A stretch of 34,824 nucleotides of DNA from a virus. A program made the translations under genes and the position numbers. Below, piece after piece: positions 30,246 to 34,824 of this stretch. Every line of letters begins with the position of its first letter. The stretch's first letter is position 1. The stretch is from the IMG/VR virus record IMGVR_UViG_3300021956_000006, positions 1 through 34,824 of that record; one strand, given 5' to 3'. The notes beneath the pieces are model-generated. The model was not told the DNA's origin and made no database searches. It was given only the letters and a program-made list of their open reading frames with translations.

Positions 30246-32882
30246 TTACAAAACTACCCATCTTGAACCAGAAGACACAGTTACAGTTTGACCAGATGCA
30301 ACAGTAATTGGGCCTGCCGAAACACCAGATGAACCAGATGGAATCGTGTAGCTAGTTGAGACTGTCTTGCTGTTAATGGTAATTCCATTTGATGAATTAT
30401 GTACAGTCGCAGTCAAAGTTCCAGTGCTAGGCACAAAACTTAACTTTGTCGATGATGTGGTCGCTGGATTGTTGCCAGAGCTATTTGCAGAAATAACTGG
30501 ATACCAAGTGCTTGATGAACTGGTGTTGTCAGTAATCGCAATATTTGTGGCATTTGTGGCGGTGGTTGCTGTGGTCGCTGACCCTGCTGAACCATCAATG
30601 CTTGTTCCTGTCAGGGAAATTGAACCTGACGCACGGTTAAGGGCAACCGCCGTTGTTCCAATGTAAACCGTTGAATTACCCAATACTGAGCTTGGAATTG
30701 TGCCAGACAGGTTACCAGCAGTTAAGCTAGTCAAACTTGCCCCAGACCCGCTAAACCCCGTGGCGGTCAATACACCTGTGCTTGGGTTGTATTGGTATTT
30801 AGTTGAGCTTGTGTATTCTGTGCTGATCGTCCCTGAAGTTGCCGCGGCAAACAAAGGATAACGAGTAGCGTTAGTGGTTGTATCGTCTGACAGGGTAATT
30901 GAGGATGCAGGCGTTGTCCAAGTGGGCGCACCTGATCCGTTTGAGGTTAATACCTGTCCTGTTGTGCCAGCCGCAGTAAACGCATAGGCTGTGCCACTAC
31001 CATAAGCCACCGCGCCAGATGTGGGCGTTGCTGTACCGTTTGTGCCGCCTTGGGCAATAGCAATCTGACCAATGATGTAACCAGTGTCAATCGACTGATT
31101 CATCGGGTTGATGTACAGCTTACCGTTGCTTGGATTAGAGTACAAGCAAACACCCAAATGCACTGCGTAATTAGGCGTTGTGGGTTCAGTTTGAGTAATA
31201 GCGCCAGCAGTGGTCGCAGACAAGTAAATCGGACTACCAGCAGTCAACAGGCTGGTGTCCAACCCTGTCACTGTGCCTTGCGTGACGATATAGCCGTTTG
31301 TGTTGTTAGGAATATCTTGGTTAGCAATGCCAATGACCTGAGATGTGCTGTAAGCATTGGCTTGGGCAAGAATGACATTACCTACTTGACCAGTTGAACC
31401 AGAGATGTAAACCACTTTTCCTTTAAGGATGGTCGAACCTGTGGAATTCCTTACCTCTTGCTGGATTTCCTGACCAATATGAACAATGTTATTGGTGGTA
31501 TTGTTGTAATACGCCAAAGCAGATGAATTGGTGTCGTACCACAACCGACCACCAACATAAGTTGGCGATGTTGTCGCCGTGAAAGTCGCGTAATCGCTAA
31601 TCGTTGGGTTATTCAGCGTGGCGGCAGTCGCCAAAGCCACCACCGTGCCTGTTCCTGTGGTGCTGTAACTTGTATTCCAACCTGTGCCAGTTGAACTTGG
31701 GATTCCTGATGGCGGGTAAACCATAGGGCTTGTGTTTGTAATCGTTACTGCGGCAGAACCGTTGTAAGAAGTACCTGAAAGCCCTGATCCAATCGTCAAA
31801 CTGAACAGATTTGACCCTAGCGACACGCCAGAAATCGTACTGTTTGCCAGTTGAGCATTAGTAATCGTGCCACTCAAATCAGTCGTTGGGATGGTCGATG
31901 ACGCTGTGAATGCGCTTGTGCCATTTCCCTTGACATAACCCGTCAGTGTGGCCGCCCCTGTGCCACCATAAGCCACGCCAATCGTGCTTGCGTTCCATGT
32001 GCCTGCGGTCAGCGTGCCAACGCCTGTGATGCCCGTGTAAGACCCTGAAATCAGGCTAGATGCAATCGTGCCAGAAGTGATCTGAGATGCGTTTATAGCG
32101 ATGCTTTGGGCGCTTAAAGAGGTCAATTGACCTTGGGCATTGACTTGGGCGCTTAAAGTCTGAGAGGCTGACCCATAACTGCCAGCGGTCACGCCTGTGT
32201 TTGTGATGCTGAATGTGTTGGAGGCTAAAGTTAAGCCTGTGCCAGCAAAATAAGTCCCCGTGCCTGAGAACTGAACCCAAGGCATGGCAGTGACGTTAAT
32301 CGTGCCAGTATCTGCCGCCGTTGAAACCCAACCCGTATTGGCGTTGTTTGTGCCATTCAAAATGACTGTGTAAGCGCCCGGCACTTCTGACCAAACATCC
32401 ATGTCAGTCGAGCGTGTCCATGCGCTTGCAGAGGCAATATAAATACCATTTTCAGCAGAATTTGTTTGGTTTTTGACCAAAACGCGGTCACCCGCCAAGG
32501 TCGTATACCCATCAATTGTTTGCAATCCAGACAGCGTGATGTTTGCTGTTGTGCCGCATTTGACCGCTTGCTTGGGATTTAACCCTTGGGCAATTTGGTC
32601 AACGTAATATTTGTTTGTAATATCTGTGTTTGCCGTGGGCGTAGTTGTGATTTGCCCCGTGGTTGTCAGGATATTGGTAAAAACCCCTGTGGATGGGGTT
32701 GTTGCGCCAATGGTTGTGCTGTCAATCGTGCTTGCGGTGATATGCAAGCCAGACTGATTCGGATCAATAGAGGCGTAAAAGGGCTGACCCTGACCGATAA
32801 AGGTTTGAAATGTTCCATCGACCGCAAAATAAGCCTGAACAGGCAGTAGGTTTTGATCTATGACTTTTGCAGGGTCAGCCAT
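30246..32882 (-). CDS. Long fibre protein, 878 aa
   Basis: T/S/G-rich. Contains NKYYVDQIAQGL, AVKCGTTANITLSGLQTIDGYTTLAGDRVLVKNQTNSAENGIY, and repeated GGTG...G..GQVLTSNGSGAPTW-type fibre motifs. Confidence 0.85.
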   Translation of the reverse strand: MADPAKVIDQNLLPVQAYFAVDGTFQTFIGQGQPFYASIDPNQSGLHITASTIDSTTIGATTPSTGVFTNILTTTGQITTTPTANTDITNKYYVDQIAQGLNPKQAVKCGTTANITLSGLQTIDGYTTLAGDRVLVKNQTNSAENGIYIASASAWTRSTDMDVWSEVPGAYTVILNGTNNANTGWVSTAADTGTINVTAMPWVQFSGTGTYFAGTGLTLASNTFSITNTGVTAGSYGSASQTLSAQVNAQGQLTSLSAQSIAINASQITSGTIASSLISGSYTGITGVGTLTAGTWNASTIGVAYGGTGAATLTGYVKGNGTSAFTASSTIPTTDLSGTITNAQLANSTISGVSLGSNLFSLTIGSGLSGTSYNGSAAVTITNTSPMVYPPSGIPSSTGTGWNTSYSTTGTGTVVALATAATLNNPTISDYATFTATTSPTYVGGRLWYDTNSSALAYYNNTTNNIVHIGQEIQQEVRNSTGSTILKGKVVYISGSTGQVGNVILAQANAYSTSQVIGIANQDIPNNTNGYIVTQGTVTGLDTSLLTAGSPIYLSATTAGAITQTEPTTPNYAVHLGVCLYSNPSNGKLYINPMNQSIDTGYIIGQIAIAQGGTNGTATPTSGAVAYGSGTAYAFTAAGTTGQVLTSNGSGAPTWTTPASSITLSDDTTTNATRYPLFAAATSGTISTEYTSSTKYQYNPSTGVLTATGFSGSGASLTSLTAGNLSGTIPSSVLGNSTVYIGTTAVALNRASGSISLTGTSIDGSAGSATTATTATNATNIAITDNTSSSSTWYPVISANSSGNNPATTSSTKLSFVPSTGTLTATVHNSSNGITINSKTVSTSYTIPSGSSGVSAGPITVASGQTVTVSSGSRWVVL

Positions 32883-32886
32883 GAGC

Positions 32887-33231
32887 TTACGATTGGTCAG
32901 CGGCTGGAGTTACATACAAAATGCCAGCAGTAGCGGAATTGCTCTTTGCTGTCAGATAGTATGGTGTTGTTGGAGTCGCCACAATCAGCGGAGTTGTCAT
33001 GCTTGCAGGCAGAACAAAGTCGCCATTAGTGCCATCAACGGGGAAAGTGGGCGCACCGGGGTCAACCGTCCCCCACCTCACCGCCATCGGCGCACCGCCC
33101 GTATTCAAGAACGATGTGTAGTTGATCTGGTCATTCGTATTGTCATCAATCAACACAGCAGAATGCGCTGTATTTGTGACTGATAACGCTACTGTTTGAC
33201 CAGCATTGCGTTGGACTGTTGATGCCGCCAT
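32887..33231 (-). CDS. Small beta-rich structural-module protein, 114 aa
   Basis: ORF on the operon strand between the decoration-like genes and the long fibre. No recognisable family. Confidence 0.55.
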   Translation of the reverse strand: MAASTVQRNAGQTVALSVTNTAHSAVLIDDNTNDQINYTSFLNTGGAPMAVRWGTVDPGAPTFPVDGTNGDFVLPASMTTPLIVATPTTPYYLTAKSNSATAGILYVTPAADQS

Positions 33232-33233
33232 AG

Positions 33234-33557
33234 TTACACCACGCTGTTAGGAATTGGGCTATCTTCGCATGATTTTACACTGACTAACATCACTGCCGCG
33301 GCTTGAGTCACAGAAGCACCAGTTAAATTCATCAAACGCACAGTGATTTGGTTATCAGCGCTTGTATAAGCATTGCCAATACCCACGCCAGTGGTCATTG
33401 CGGCATCGATTTGAACTTGGATTTTGTCTGTTGATTTAACGCCCGGCACACTGATATTCACCTCTGTCGTAGTGGTGGAAAAGGTTGTGCTTGGGAAAGT
33501 TACCTGAACAATGGTGTGCGCCAAAACATTTCCGCGCGAAATGGTTGTTTTTGCCAT
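33234..33557 (-). CDS. Small beta-rich structural-module protein, 107 aa
   Basis: ATG 33557 follows AAGGA. It is the first gene after the terminator hairpin. Confidence 0.55.
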   Translation of the reverse strand: MAKTTISRGNVLAHTIVQVTFPSTTFSTTTTEVNISVPGVKSTDKIQVQIDAAMTTGVGIGNAYTSADNQITVRLMNLTGASVTQAAAVMLVSVKSCEDSPIPNSVV

Positions 33558-33576
33558 GATTTTTCCTTGAAAATTT

Positions 33577-33609
33577 ATAAAAAAAGCCACCCCTTTTGAG
33601 AGTGGCTTT
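33577..33609 (-). terminator. Rho-independent terminator or attenuator after the coat and 141-aa genes
   Basis: On the minus strand, AAAGCCAC-tctcaaaaggg-GTGGCTTT is followed by a T-run (7 T in total). Confidence 0.75.
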
Positions 33610-33627
33610 CTCCTTGGTTACATGAAA

Positions 33628-34053
33628 TCAGCTATATGTGCTGAAGTCATAGCCATAGACATAAATGTCCATCGTAGCCGCCGCACCTTGGGCTGTGCCA
33701 ACGTTCAGATACAAGTTCTGAGCAGATTGGATAGCGGTAGATGCCACGGTGCGCTGAGACACCACGGTTGAGCTTGTCAATGCAGACAAAGCGGCGTTTG
33801 CCACGATAGCCGTGCCACCAGCGCTAGGCGCAGTGAACAAGCCAGCGGCGGCAGTGGTCAGGCTGGTTGATGCGTTTGTAAAAACAACGTTGCTAACAGA
33901 ATAGTTAGTTGTGTTCAAAACTTGCAAAACAGCTTGGTCGCCAGTTGCGTTGACATTCACGCCAGTTGCGACAGCCAACAAGCGGATGGCTTGGTTGGAG
34001 GCGACATTCTGTGGGTGAATGGTGGTTGTGGTTGCTGGTCCGGGATTTGCCAT
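33628..34053 (-). CDS. 141-aa protein co-transcribed with coat; capsid decoration/cement candidate
   Basis: Its strong SD (AGGAGAAAAATCAAATG) is nearly identical to that of the coat gene. It lies immediately downstream of coat and upstream of the terminator. Composition is A/T/S/V-rich beta type. Confidence 0.4.
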   Translation of the reverse strand: MANPGPATTTTIHPQNVASNQAIRLLAVATGVNVNATGDQAVLQVLNTTNYSVSNVVFTNASTSLTTAAAGLFTAPSAGGTAIVANAALSALTSSTVVSQRTVASTAIQSAQNLYLNVGTAQGAAATMDIYVYGYDFSTYS

Positions 34054-34077
34054 TTGATTTTTCTCCTAAAAAGTTAA

Positions 34078-34824
34078 TTAAGCGGCAACGCGGCAAGCGA
34101 GTTCGGGGTACAAGGGCGCCCAGCCATACAGCACATCCAAACGAGTCGGGATTGAATCGTTGTTGATGGTGTATTGGCGAACCACACGCATGGACAGACC
34201 GATTTCCTTGTCTGATGCACGACCAGCAAAGTGGACACCCTCTGGCAATTCAAGATCAGCCACAGCCAATGTGAAAGCATTGCGGTGCATGATGATGTTT
34301 TGCGGAGAAACTGTACCTGTGCTATTGAACTGAGTCACAGCGGCAGAGCTTGAGGTTGTGGGAATCGACACGTTCTGGAATTGACCAGCAGTGATAACAG
34401 CAGGGCTGACCACCACGCTACCAGACGAACCAGAGGCGATTGCAACAGTTGACTTAACAACGAAATTACGCAACTTGTTAGAACCGTAGGCTTGGCGGTT
34501 TTGTGGGTTGACTGCGTACACACCAGCAATGGTGAAAGTGTCACCAGCGTTGAGGTTCAATGTACCAGTGTTTGCGGCTGTCACAGTGATGGTGCTAGAT
34601 GATGCCCAACCAGAGGTCAAGAATCCGCTTGCAGTGGTGGTGTTGACAGATGCAGTCACGGTGGTGGTGGAGTTAGAACCAAATGTCTGAGACACAACGT
34701 TCTGATCCATCTTCCAGTTCATGCCTGCGCTGTCACGACCCATCAAACCTTTGCGATATTGCTCGCCAATGGCTTCTTGTGGCACAAACAGACCTTTCAA
34801 GCTATCCACAATGGTTGCAGATGT
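34078..34824 (-). CDS. Major capsid protein, P22-coat-like, C-terminal part (34698-34824 duplicates 1-127)
   Basis: It is in frame with 1-637 through the overlap. The C-terminus ...RVVRQYTINNDSIPTRLDVLYGWAPLYPELACRVAA is typical of P22-type coat proteins. Confidence 0.9.
   Translation of the reverse strand, partial: TSATIVDSLKGLFVPQEAIGEQYRKGLMGRDSAGMNWKMDQNVVSQTFGSNSTTTVTASVNTTTASGFLTSGWASSSTITVTAANTGTLNLNAGDTFTIAGVYAVNPQNRQAYGSNKLRNFVVKSTVAIASGSSGSVVVSPAVITAGQFQNVSIPTTSSSAAVTQFNSTGTVSPQNIIMHRNAFTLAVADLELPEGVHFAGRASDKEIGLSMRVVRQYTINNDSIPTRLDVLYGWAPLYPELACRVAA
34698..34824. repeat. Terminal overlap, copy 2 (identical to 1-127)
   Basis: Same comparison as copy 1. Confidence 0.97.

Noticed and set aside
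29679-30420. Possible DGR variable-repeat/template-repeat pair, suggested by the two similar fibre C-termini.
   Set aside because: No reverse transcriptase is present in the genome. The two copies differ at all base types, not specifically at adenines, and both are coding C-termini.
1-34824. tRNA, rRNA, CRISPR arrays, integrase/excisionase, CI-type repressor and reverse transcriptase.
   Set aside because: There are no non-coding gaps long enough for these RNA genes and no spaced direct-repeat arrays. None of the ORF translations shows Tyr or Ser recombinase, S24 peptidase or RT (YxDD) motifs. A profile search could still reveal a divergent member.
34698-34824. The 127-nt repeat as a genuine T7-like direct terminal repeat.
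   Set aside because: It bisects the capsid ORF and has exactly the length of a common assembler k-mer. P22-type terminases normally package headful from a pac site.

Overview
The window is a complete, circularly closed genome of a small tailed dsDNA phage. Nt 1-127 are identical to nt 34698-34824, so the unique length is 34,697 bp, and the linearisation point cuts through the major capsid gene. The minus strand carries one very long, tightly translationally coupled leftward unit. It starts at a divergent promoter region (about 11.13-11.28 kb) and runs through many tiny ORFs and an Erf/YqaJ recombination module. It then wraps through the window ends into a P22-like podovirus morphogenesis module: small and large terminase, P22-type portal, scaffold, P22-type coat, gp4-like adaptor, gp10-like tail hub, three ejection-type proteins and a collar-domain fibre. 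It ends with a lysis cassette (3TM-type holin, M15 peptidase). The plus strand carries a lambdoid-style rightward early operon. It holds an apparently leaderless Cro/YdaS-like HTH gene, an unlisted 49-codon secreted Cys-rich peptide, and DUF1376/YdaU-like and lambda-P-like replication proteins. A nin-like region follows, with a PD-(D/E)xK nuclease, a PP-loop/PAPS-reductase-like enzyme carrying a G9 tract, an NrdR-type zinc ribbon and a DUF1364 nuclease. I found no integrase, CI-type repressor, tRNA, rRNA, CRISPR array or reverse transcriptase. The most unusual points are these. (i) A roughly 6 kb cassette of ten genes sits between the coat and adaptor genes, including five fibre-like proteins built from shuffled paralogous modules. 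(ii) The same 55-60 aa module is inserted three times into the gp4-like and gp10-like tail proteins, with an HNH homing endonuclease wedged between those two genes. (iii) A small accessory island (14.85-16.45 kb) encodes a hyper-acidic DNA-mimic-like protein and an HTH-fused metallophosphoesterase. (iv) The early secreted Cys-rich peptide. (v) Heptamer repeats inside the DUF1376 gene that look like ori iterons. All family assignments come from by-eye motif recognition; no database search was run.
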